Positions 42,210 to 53,934 of a stretch of DNA of 64,000 bases are shown here, piece by piece. Position numbers and translations under genes: made by a program. Origin of the DNA: Candidatus Bathyarchaeota archaeon. GTDB lineage: Archaea > Thermoproteota > Bathyarchaeia > Bathyarchaeales > Bathycorpusculaceae. The stretch spans positions 288,001 through 352,000 of the forward strand of contig CAVRFW010000009.1 of the NCBI GenBank assembly GCA_963720565.1. Reading direction: 5' to 3'. A model generated the notes under the pieces. It saw only the letters and a program-made list of their open reading frames with translations. It did no database searches and was not told where the DNA came from. Every line of letters starts with the position of its first letter. Position 1 is the stretch's first letter.

Positions 42210-42619
42210 AACTTACACCTAAACACTCTACTAGCTGGTTCAAGCTTTCTTAAATATATGTGACTGTAGCGAGACAATGACAAAGTCACCTTTGTTTCAA
42301 GACTCGAGTGGCACGCGTGTGTGTTCCTAAATTCGCTTTAGAGTGAGTCTGATACCTCTCCATGGGATGAGCGAGCGCAGGAGAAGAACAACAACACCCA
42401 TTTTTTTCCGAAACACACAACCGTTTTTCTTTCACACATTCTTCCGAGTTATTTTAGCGCGCGCTCGGGTTTGCCCTCTTTAAACGCGGCTAATATGCAT
42501 CTTTCAGAGAAGCCCATTTCAAGCTCTAAATACCAAAATCTGACTTATCACCATTTTTAACCAATTTCGGGACAGGGCAGCGCGCGCTTATTATTTACGT
42601 AATGAGACCTAAGCTATAA

Positions 42620-43781
42620 TTACGTCAACGGAAATCTTCGCCTTAAATAGTCCTTTGCGAATTCGCGGTCATGTGATAATTCTTTGCTTTTCACAATTTG
42701 GCCCTCAAGCCTATCCAAAGCTACCCTAAACGTCTGTTCCACACCGAATCCCTCACCTGAACTGAAAAACGAGCCCTTCCTCGTTCTGAATTGCAGTCGA
42801 CAGTGAATCAACTGATCACCCTTGAAGGGGGTGCCATGCGTCTTGAAGTAGACAAATAGCGTGCCCGATTCCAATTTTTCTCCGTATCTGTGGGTGAAAG
42901 ATTCGAAGTCACCCATAATGAAGCCTCGTTGGGATTCATCAATCTCCACGTCTTTAACAGAAAACTGCACAGTAAGCCTTTGCACTGGCTGCTCCATCTG
43001 AGCTAAAGGTTCAAGAAAATCCCGTTTAGTTATGATGCCGACAGGTCTTCCTTTGCTGACGATTACCAAAGAGGAAATGTTGAATTTGTGCATTTGCTCT
43101 TCAGCATCTCGCAATTTGGTTTCAGGCAAGACAGTGACCACGGGTTTCACCATTATACCCTTCGCCGGAATACTCAGAACAGGAACTTTCTCGCCTACTC
43201 TTTCGCCAACCCTTTGCACCTGTCTAGGCTGAAAGACAATCTCAATAATATCGGAAATACTTACGATTCCCACGAGTTTTCCTTCTCTGACTATCGGCAG
43301 GTGAGAGATTCCCTCGCGTCTGAAAAGGCTTAGCACCGCCCCTAGCGATTCGTCTTCTTCGATGATGAACGGCTTCTTGGTCATTATCTCTTCAACACGG
43401 GTATTGCCCCATTGCTCATTTACGGCTCCATGGATAACGTCCTCATCGGTAATGAACCCCAAGAGTTTCTCTCCGCTGTAGACTGGGAGTTGCCTAGTTT
43501 CGCTCTCAATCATCAACTTAGCGACCTTGCTGAGAGAATCCTGCAGGGTAACAGCAGGGGCTGGGCGCATCAAAGTCTTGACTTTGGTTCCTGAAGCATC
43601 AAGACTAGACCGTATTATCGATTTGCGAGAAATGACCCCTTTGTACCTGCCTTCATTATCCAATACCGCTAAAACAGGCGGCGTCTCTTTCTTGAAAAAG
43701 TGATAGACAAGAAGAAAGTGTATCGTTCTCATGAACTTCTAAAAAGCCTTTTGAAAAAACATCTTCCACAACCTTAACCAT
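42620..43781 (-). CDS. Four-CBS-domain protein with C-terminal HPF/RaiA-like domain (candidate ribosome hibernation factor); one frameshift near the start
   Basis: True start MVKVVEDVF at 43781; CBS repeats; C-terminal ...IHCRLQFRTRKGSFFSSGEGFGVEQTFRVALDRLEGQI resembles HPF/RaiA. Confidence 0.8.
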
Positions 43782-43918
43782 AGAAACCACTTCAGCAGTA
43801 TCAGTCTCATGGCGTAATTTAAGCATTGAAAGGATAAAGTTGCAGCCTTTTTTCGGAAAATAGGCAACAGTAACGCATGAATTAGCAAAGGGGGGAAGTC
43901 ATAATAAGCGCGCGCCAA

Positions 43919-43955
43919 ATAGTAACACATAGTAATTCATAGTAAAATATAGTAA
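43919..43955 (+). repeat. Four ATAGTAA direct repeats at 10-bp period (candidate operator)
   Basis: ATAGTAAcac ATAGTAAttc ATAGTAAaat ATAGTAA, followed by gtattaa. Confidence 0.75.
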
Positions 43956-43988
43956 CATGTATTAAACCGCGTACCCAAATACTAATCC

Positions 43989-44144
43989 ATGAAAACACTA
44001 AAAATAACTGAACAAACCCACCAAGAACTAACCCGAATCAAAGGCGCCGTCACGCAAAGAACCGGCACAGAAACCACATACGACGAAGCCATCCAAGAAC
44101 TGATAGCAGTATGGATTCTAAAACATCAAGCATCCGGGCAGTAA
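43989..44144 (+). CDS. Small ribbon-helix-helix / antitoxin-like DNA-binding protein (51 aa, below ORF-track cutoff)
   Basis: MKTLKITEQTHQELTRIKGAVTQRTGTETTYDEAIQELIAVWILKHQASGQ*; alternating beta strand plus two helices. Confidence 0.75.
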   Translation: MKTLKITEQTHQELTRIKGAVTQRTGTETTYDEAIQELIAVWILKHQASGQ

Positions 44145-44316
44145 TTGTGTACTATACTATTGAGAACCCCCAACCGTAAACGCGGGCTGACGGGCTTCAC
44201 ACAAACATTTTCTTTAGGCACTAATCACTTGAAACTCAAATTTCATTAGCGCGCCTATGTGAAGTCGGTTAATTAACCTTTCTTCTTTTCATTCTATTCC
44301 CCATTTCTCTTTTCAT

Positions 44317-44442
44317 TCTTCCTCGTCCTAAAGGATGGGCACGCGCCTATTCGCTGACAAAGCAGCACTATGGCTACGCATCCAGACCCTCCTCAATCGC
44401 GCTAACGTCCACACCCAAGAGACAGCGCTAAAACGAGGAAGA
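44317..44442 (-). ncRNA. Candidate bridge/seek RNA of the IS110 element
   Basis: Perfect 10-bp closing stem (44317-44326/44433-44442); internal 13-mer identical to 45481-45493 and 9-mer identical to 44250-44258. Confidence 0.75.
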
Positions 44443-44444
44443 GT

Positions 44445-45438
44445 TCAGGCCTGATCGTAATACGGACGCTTATTCTTCAACACAGAAAAACTGCACAACA
44501 ACAGCTTCCTGGCAGCAGCCACCACCGCAACCTTCTTCCCCTTCCTCTCAGCAATCCGACTATACGCTCGAGTAATCGACGTGTCGTACTTGTGAACATG
44601 AGTCTGAGCAGCCTCAACCATCACCCAACGCAGCCAACGACTACCCTCCTTCGTAATGTTGCCATGCCAAACGGTTCTTCCAGAAGCATGCGTGGAAGGC
44701 AACAAGCCCAGCGTAACTGCAAAGCCTCTCGGGAAAAGGAAACCGGTTAACATCTCCAATCTCACTCTTCACTAGAACCGCCGAGTAATAGCCGATTCCC
44801 GGAATAGTCATCAACAACTTAACATCCTCATCACCCTCAGCTATCCCAACAAGCTCATTAGAAAGAAGCTTAATTTCCTCGTCCAACGGTTCGAGAATTC
44901 GCAAGTAACACTCGATCGAATCAATGTTCAAACCACGCAGCCACTCAACGCCTTTCTTCGTGAACAAGCCACTGATCGGAAGGCCACTTCAAACCCTCAT
45001 GCGTCAAGACGCTTTTGATTTTCACTCTGAGCTTAACGCGTGTCCCTCACTAGGAAAGCTCTACGCCTAACCTTCTCTCGGAGGTTAGCGATTTCTCCAG
45101 TCGGAAAGTAAGCCAACGGCAAAGCGTCCAGCCTGACGAGTTCAGCTATGGCTTTAGAGTCTACTCGGTCGCTTTTAATTTTAGCCTCAGCGATGTAGCG
45201 GGTCTTCTTCGGATGAGAAACCACAACGTCATATCCCTTACTGAGTCAGCTGCCTGAACAGCGGTGCGATCTGGTTGGAAGATTCCATTCCGACCTTGGA
45301 GACTTTGAAGTGCGACAGATACGGCAGTACTCTTTCATTTTCCATTCTTGTTTGGTTAACTATCTTTCCTTCAGGGTTCAAAATTGTCGCATAAGTGCTG
45401 TCCTTATGCACGTCCAACCCGCAAACGAAGGCGCTCAT
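44445..45438 (-). CDS. IS110 DEDD recombinase/transposase, about 4 frameshifts
   Basis: MSAFVCGLDVHKD, KIKSDRVDS, TIPGIG, SYAGL..STHASG, GSRWLRWVMVEAA, AAARKL. Confidence 0.9.
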
Positions 45439-45640
45439 AACATGGCGTGAGCGCCTCTTGCGTAAAACACTTCCCATACCATCGCGCTAACGTAGTTACG
45501 GTGAAGATGCAAGCGTGTTATATTATGTCTTTTATCGATTTCACTTGTTTAACCTAAAAAATAGATCGCAAAAACCATAAGTGAAAAAGAGATACCTATT
45601 AGGTAACGAATCTATAAGAGAACTAGTTATGAAGCAAGGG

Positions 45641-45750
45641 ATCGATATGCTCCAAGGTCGAATACCTAGCGACATATTCATACGTCAATATTGGAGTCCT
45701 AAGTTAAACAGCTTAGAGATAAGACCTACATAGCATCAAAGGAGCTAGAC
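45641..45750 (+). pseudogene. C-terminal remnant of an archaeal tyrosine integrase
   Basis: IDMLQGRIPSDIFIRQYWSPKL resembles the QGR...RHY catalytic-Tyr region of SSV1-like integrases. Confidence 0.55.
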
Positions 45751-45899
45751 AGTACAACAACAGATCAGGCAGTTCAGTAAAATAACCCGAGTTTCTTTCT
45801 ATTCTCTATTATTTTAGAATATCAATCTGTGATCTAATCAATATTGACACATCCACATGCTTAAATATTCAGTGCAGAAAGATATCTTATGGATATAGA

Positions 45900-46420
45900 A
45901 TGTCAGAAATAAACAAGAGAAAAAACATAAAGGTAGAGTCTAAGGCTATAGATAAAGAGCTAGAGAAACTTAAGAAAGAGCTATTCGCCGATATTGTATC
46001 AGTGGAATCAGTGGAATCAATTAAGACTAGGAGGAAAAGAAGAGAACCCAAGTACTCTATGGTGGCTGAGGCTATCAAGCTAGTAAGCTAAGATGTCAAG
46101 GAATGCCTATAGACTTAACTTGGAGAAAGTGTTCCAATTAGAGAACTATAGTAAGCTAGGTCCGAAAGAGAAGAGCGCACTGGTTAGAAGGGTCTATCGC
46201 AATACTTGATCGATACCTAAAGGAGTTTGCTCGTGCACATGGCTATGATCTATCTAAGAAAGAATTGAAAAAGAACAGAGCAGGAAATGAAATCATCATT
46301 AAGGGAGTTAAGATGGCTACACTTCCAGAGTACACTAGATTTAAGAAAGAAACTATCAGTATGAGACTAGTTGGATCTGATATCTACCTAATCAAGCAGA
46401 GTGATATGCCAATTGAATGA
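45900..46420 (+). CDS. Basic hypothetical protein with atypical composition; frameshifted
   Basis: ORF 45900..46091 continues across shifts to ...SMRLVGSDIYLIKQSDMPIE-TGA(46418-46420). Confidence 0.5.
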
Positions 46421-46458
46421 ACATATTAGCGCGCGCGTTATATATTGGTGAGTAGAGA

Positions 46459-47291
46459 ATGTTAAACGATGAAAACACGGACCTCCTGCTGGGTTTGGGC
46501 TTGAGTCCTAATCAAGCAAAAGTCTACCAAACCATACTTAAATTAGGTTCCGCTACCGTCAGGGATGATAGCGAAATCTTCTGCAGTGCGCAGGGAAGAT
46601 GTGTACAGGATTTTGCCAGCACTTGAAAGGATGGGATTAACAGAAAAACTGCTAGGCAAGCAGCTTACGATTCGGAGCAATGCTCCCTGTCGCTGGCGCT
46701 TTGACTTCATTGATAGTTGATGAAAAAGTTAAATCGGATGAAAGAATAGCCACGATGAAAGAGAAATTCCGAAAATTGGTCAAAGTGAAATGGACACAAC
46801 CCGTTAGTTTGGGTAAAGAAGAAAGTCTCTATGCACTGATACCGGAGGGCAAAGCAATTCTGGCTAAAACCTCCGACTTAATTGTTAACTCAAAAAAGGA
46901 AATTTTCTGGATTGAAAATCAAGGAGAAATCCTGCGTAGTTTATACAATTCTTCTAAGGAGTACGTGGGTGCGATCCGCAGAGATGTGATTGTTCGGATG
47001 ATTTTCGAAGATTGCAGGCCAGATGATCTACTAAGAAAACAGGTGCAATCTCTAATAAACAACAAATCCACTCTTGTCAGGTTTCACCGTCAACTTCTGA
47101 ACCGCTTCATGGTTTTTGATAGCAAAGAAGCGTTGATTACAACCGATAGAAAAAGTGGCTTAACAGAAGCCCCAGTATTATGGACGACTGACAACAACCT
47201 TATCGGCGTGCTAAAAGGATATTTTGAGAATTCATGGAAAGAATCTGAAGAACTGATACAAAACAAGCCACTTCCAAATGACAAACAGTAG
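46459..47291 (+). CDS. TrmB-family transcriptional regulator; frameshifted
   Basis: LGLSPNQAKVYQTILKLG...VRREDVYRILPALERMGL; C-terminal FMVFDSKEALI...YFENSW. Confidence 0.8.
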
Positions 47292-47351
47292 TGCCTCACG
47301 GGTCTTCTCAAAAATAGCGCGTGGTTATTCAAAAACTCAGTTTAGGACGCG

Positions 47352-48618
47352 CAGGCAAGTTAAATAATTGTTTTGCTTCTCGCAGCAGTGCTTCTAACAT
47401 GTCATTTCCCAAGGGTTCTTGAGAGACATTCGCTTTGAATCTCTCCCAAAGACCACTCGACGACTGAAGATTAGCTTCTTGAAAACACTCGTGACCCCTT
47501 CAGAATCGTGGCTCACGCTATTTTACCCTCCAGTTTAATCCCCAGCTTTCAAGCAAAATACGCTATGCTGTACCGAAGCTCCGGTCTCCCAATGAAGGCA
47601 GCCGCAATAGCGACGGCGTAGACCAAGCAGAACGCAAGACACGTGTGTATGCAGGCGTTCCAGAGTCCCTGCCAAGTCAATCTACCATACGCCAGACGAG
47701 ATTTCACCCTACCGTTCAAGCTTTCAGATTTCGCCCTCAACATCTTGTAGACAACGCGAAGGTGCTCAGGGCCCTCAACGTCAATGCGATCCTTCACAGA
47801 AAGCACGTCCGAAGGGTTCACCCGGCCCCTCAAACGCCTCCACGCAATGACATCGTCTATCTTCCTGGCTTGAAGCGCATCAAACACTTGACCGGATTCG
47901 AACTGGCTGTCACCAGCGACCAGCTCCACTTCAATGTCTTCTCCAAGCAACCTGTCCAGCAAAGGCTCCACAAGCAGCTTCTCGTTGACGTTGGCTGGAG
48001 CTTCCACGTGGCCAAGCGGGAAGCCCTCGATGTCCACGAGAAACAGAGACTGGTAGCCCAGAACGAAGCCTTTCTTTCCTCTTCCAAGCCTGGCGTCAGG
48101 GTCGCCGAGGCCTCGGCTCGTGTCGTGTGGGTCTCGGCTGCTTCAGGCTGGAAGGTCGGTGCCGTCCACACATGCCGCTTGAACTAAGCCGACGGCAGAT
48201 AGAGGTTGGCTTTCTCTGAGTCTTAGGGCTTCGTGTCGCAGCCACTTCTCTATGGCGCGGAAGCCTTCTGGGCCTATGCGTTTCTTCATCTGGGAGAAGT
48301 GGGCTTCGGTTGGTACTTTGTTGTTGTATCCGCAGGCGGAACGCATTTCTTTGTTTCTTCTGAGGCGTTTGACTAGGTCTTTGATGTAGGGTATCTGTTC
48401 CAGTTGACGTAGCATAAGCGCTCGCAGGTCACACGCCGGATCATACTCGACTGGTCGCCCTGCGCCCTCGAAGTGTAGGCCTTTCCAGAGGATGGAGTGG
48501 AGAGGTTTTAAATTCAAGTTTTCGAATAGAAGGGTTGGAGAACCTGATCTCTCCATTTCTCATCAAAATAGCGAGGTCAGGCTCTCCTAATATAACTTTG
48601 AATTATTTAATCCGCCTG
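47352..48618 (-). mobile_element. DDE insertion sequence (IS5/IS1182-like)
   Basis: 18-bp terminal inverted repeats CAGGCnnnTTAAATAATT (47352-47369 / 48601-48618, 15/18 match) flanked by CGCG (47348-47351, 48619-48622). Confidence 0.85.
47549..48556 (-). CDS. DDE transposase, frameshift near 48140
   Basis: GAGRP, ACGY..VPTEAHFS, VDGTDLPA, AGDSQF, RAKSESLNGRVK. Confidence 0.85.
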
Positions 48619-49331
48619 CGCGCGCCTTGGAAGATAGTCTAGAAGTAGTGAAAAAATTGTTGAGAAAACCAGTGGATTTGATGATGCCCGAAGTATGGAT
48701 TACTACCTTAAAGAGTTGTGTAAGGGCAAGGTGAATGAGTGCAAAAATGTGTTCCAAAATTGGGTTGATACCGAGAAAAATACTGTGTTTAAGTTCAGGG
48801 CGCAAAGAATACTTCAACTTCTCGAGACAAATCAATGCATGTTTCCACCTAATAGGGCTAATTGATAACTGCCTTACGGTACTGTTATCTATCGTTCTTT
48901 CTGATACGCTACTTCCACCCAGAACTCCTTACAAATGGCGATTTAAAGAAGAAGTGATAGGAAAAGAAAACTGCAAAGTCTTTACCTTAGTTGCCCGTCA
49001 GCTGTATCCTCCTGGGGGACTCTATATCAAGTCCAGCATAGTGGAAATGCTTCAAAAGGGGCAGATGAAAAAAACCGGAGAATTTCAACGGCTTATCAAT
49101 TACCTTCAAAATTTGTAGCCCGTGCGCGCTACTCGTCTAAGAATGGACGGTAACAAATCACTTTCGAAGGCCCTGAAAATGGATAATTATGTTGAGGAGA
49201 TCGGTGAGGAGTTCTCGGAAGATTAAGCCGAGATCGTAAACGTGACGTTCTCAAGTAGCTGCAAGACATCTACCTTTAGCAGAGCAAAATCTTTTAGGCG
49301 CGGTGACTATGTACTGTTTGGAGACTTTTGT

Positions 49332-49538
49332 ATGCCTTTTTGGAAGAATGATGATCCAAAGAAGAAGGCTGAAGAAGCAGCCAAGAAGACCGCTGAAGAA
49401 GCTAAGAAAGCAGCCGAAGAAACCGCTGATAAAGCTAAGAAAGCAGCCGAAGAAACCGCTGATAAAGCTAAGAAAGCAGCCGAAAAAACCGCTGAAGAAG
49501 CTAAAAAAGCAGCCAATAAAGCAAAAGAGAAAATGTAA
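49332..49538 (+). CDS. LEA group-3-like 11-mer repeat protein (68 aa)
   Basis: MPFWKNDDPKKK then TAEEAKKAAEE / TADKAKKAAEE repeats encoded by 33-bp tandem repeats. Confidence 0.75.
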   Translation: MPFWKNDDPKKKAEEAAKKTAEEAKKAAEETADKAKKAAEETADKAKKAAEKTAEEAKKAANKAKEKM

Positions 49539-50211
49539 CAAAGCATCTGCGTCTTTATTTTCCTCTCTTTTCTTTTAGGAGCTCACAGTCAACCCAACAG
49601 TTAAGCGCGCGCTTGCGTTACTGGAAGACGCCTTTTAAGGTCCTTCCAAGTGAGTTTATCGTTGAGAAGGGAGAACGGAACAAGAAGAGTTGACGAGTGT
49701 CAACCAAGCGTTGTGCGACCATTCGAAACAGAGGCGTTATACTCAGAAGCAGTTTGACATTCTGAACGGTTTTGATCTGATTGAGACGAGATGCCTCAAC
49801 TGTCACAAGATTCTGGATTTGGCCATTAGCAAGATTAATGCGTGCGCGTCTCCCCAATAGCACTCTGCAGCCAGCAGGCGTCTTTCAACTTCAGAAAGTC
49901 TATTGCTCGCTGGTTTCCAGCTTTGGCGCGCGCGCTTTGGGATGAGAAGCCTGATGGTTAGTGCGTACTATCGAAAACATTAAATGCCTTATCCAGAACA
50001 TAATGTGCGGCGGAAGACCTCAGATCATGGAATCTTGGGGGAAACTTGGACTGAACGCCCAGAAAAATAGTAAAAAAGGGCGGGTAAAGCGCAAGTTTAC
50101 CATGAAATACCAAGATTTATATGAACGAAGGGCACTTCTCCAAGTGAAAAGTTCCCCATAACATGTGCAAAAAGCACGTGGGTTTATGGAGGAACTTAAC
50201 CGAAGGGAGAT

Positions 50212-50508
50212 ATGAATTTGGAAATTAAAGAATTGCGAGATGGTATGAAGCGTGTCAGCGTCGAAGGAAGAGTTGTTGAAAAAGGTAATACCCGTGAAGT
50301 CAGGTCAAAATACAAAGATGAAACTTATAGGATAGCCGATGCAATGGTGGCAGATGAAACTGGAAGCATAAAGCTGACATTGTGGAACGAGCAGATAGAT
50401 CAAGTCAATGTTGACAACATCATCAAAATTGAGAACGGTTACGTGACAAGCTTCAGGGGCGAAATTCAGCTTAACGTTGGAAAATTCGGCAAAATGACCA
50501 TTGAGTAA
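50212..50508 (+). CDS. Single-OB-fold SSB-like protein without tail
   Basis: VADETGSIKLTLWNEQI...IENGYV...LNVGKFG. Confidence 0.85.
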   Translation: MNLEIKELRDGMKRVSVEGRVVEKGNTREVRSKYKDETYRIADAMVADETGSIKLTLWNEQIDQVNVDNIIKIENGYVTSFRGEIQLNVGKFGKMTIE

Positions 50509-50630
50509 GGCCTTTCTAAACGGGGCTTTTAGCTCATCTAAAGTATAGGCGTTTGTTAAACTGGTTGATTTGTCAGTCTAATTTGGTTTTTGTTTACCTG
50601 CACCTGGAAGAGAAGAGACGGAGTAGTTTT

Positions 50631-53514
<2,884 letters not shown>

Positions 53515-53552
53515 TCTTTCAACTACCTAAGTGTGAACTAGGGATGCTTGTT

Positions 53553-53696
53553 CTATCCGCCCGTTGCTTTGCCATAGCCGGTGCAGCAGTCACAGTCAGA
53601 GCCCTTACCACAGTAAGGACACAAACACTGGCAATCATCAATGAGGTTGCCGCATTTGTCGCAACGAGGCAACTCGTTTTCTTCTTTAGGCATCAT
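53553..53696 (-). CDS. Nine-cysteine mini-protein ending in GG (47 aa, below ORF-track cutoff)
   Basis: MMPKEENELPRCDKCGNLIDDCQCLCPYCGKGSDCDCCTGYGKATGG*; GAGG SD upstream. Confidence 0.75.
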   Translation of the reverse strand: MMPKEENELPRCDKCGNLIDDCQCLCPYCGKGSDCDCCTGYGKATGG

Positions 53697-53883
53697 ATTC
53701 GCCTCTGTTACTATCATACTTGAATTGCCCGCGAATTAAGCTTTCCCAAATCCAGTTTTCATGGTTGCCCCCCGATAGTTGATCAAAAATTCCATTCAAA
53801 GTTCACTTATGCTCTCAACATTAGGGTAGTATATACTTTAGAAGATAAGAAAAATGGGAGATGAGTAAGGCTCTACCGGCGCT

Positions 53884-53934
53884 TTACTTCTTCTTTGCAG
53901 CCTTTTTCTTCTTTCCTTTGGCAGCTTTAGCCAC
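53884..53934 (-). CDS. Lys/Ala-rich micropeptide (16 aa)
   Basis: GTG start, MAKAAKGKKKKAAKKK*; GAGGT SD upstream, TATA-like TTTAAATATA further upstream, T-rich tract downstream. Confidence 0.6.
   Translation of the reverse strand: MAKAAKGKKKKAAKKK

Larger units (their letters stand above)
44250..45487 (-). mobile_element. IS110-family (IS1111-type) insertion sequence
   Basis: Shared core CGCGC at 44250-44254 and 45483-45487; sub-terminal inverted repeats TATGTGAAGT (44256-44265) / ACTTCCCATA (45469-45478); long non-coding end downstream of the recombinase. Confidence 0.9.
41973..49935. repeat. Dispersed short (CG)n palindromic motifs, consensus about WAGCGCGCGY
   Basis: Copies at 41973, 42454, 42579, 43905, 44246/45483 (split by IS), 46426, 47315, 47348/48618 (split by IS), 49124, 49603, 49925. 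Confidence 0.8.

Noticed and set aside
44445..45438. Programmed frameshifting in the IS110 recombinase
   Set aside because: Several shifts with no consistent slippery site, in a region of high indel noise.
48735..49225. ORF 48735..49118 and following fragments
   Set aside because: No recognisable motifs; may be a decayed or error-ridden gene but cannot be supported.
49380..49520. 33-bp repeats as a CRISPR array
   Set aside because: Repeats are contiguous without spacers and encode an in-frame 11-aa repeat; no cas genes in the window.
41973..49935. Classical integron attC cassettes
   Set aside because: No RYYYAAC...GTTRRRY imperfect hairpins at module ends, genes lie in both orientations, and IntI identity of the integrase is unsupported.
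49618..50161. ORFs 49618..49863 and 49961..50161
   Set aside because: No family signal or convincing start context.
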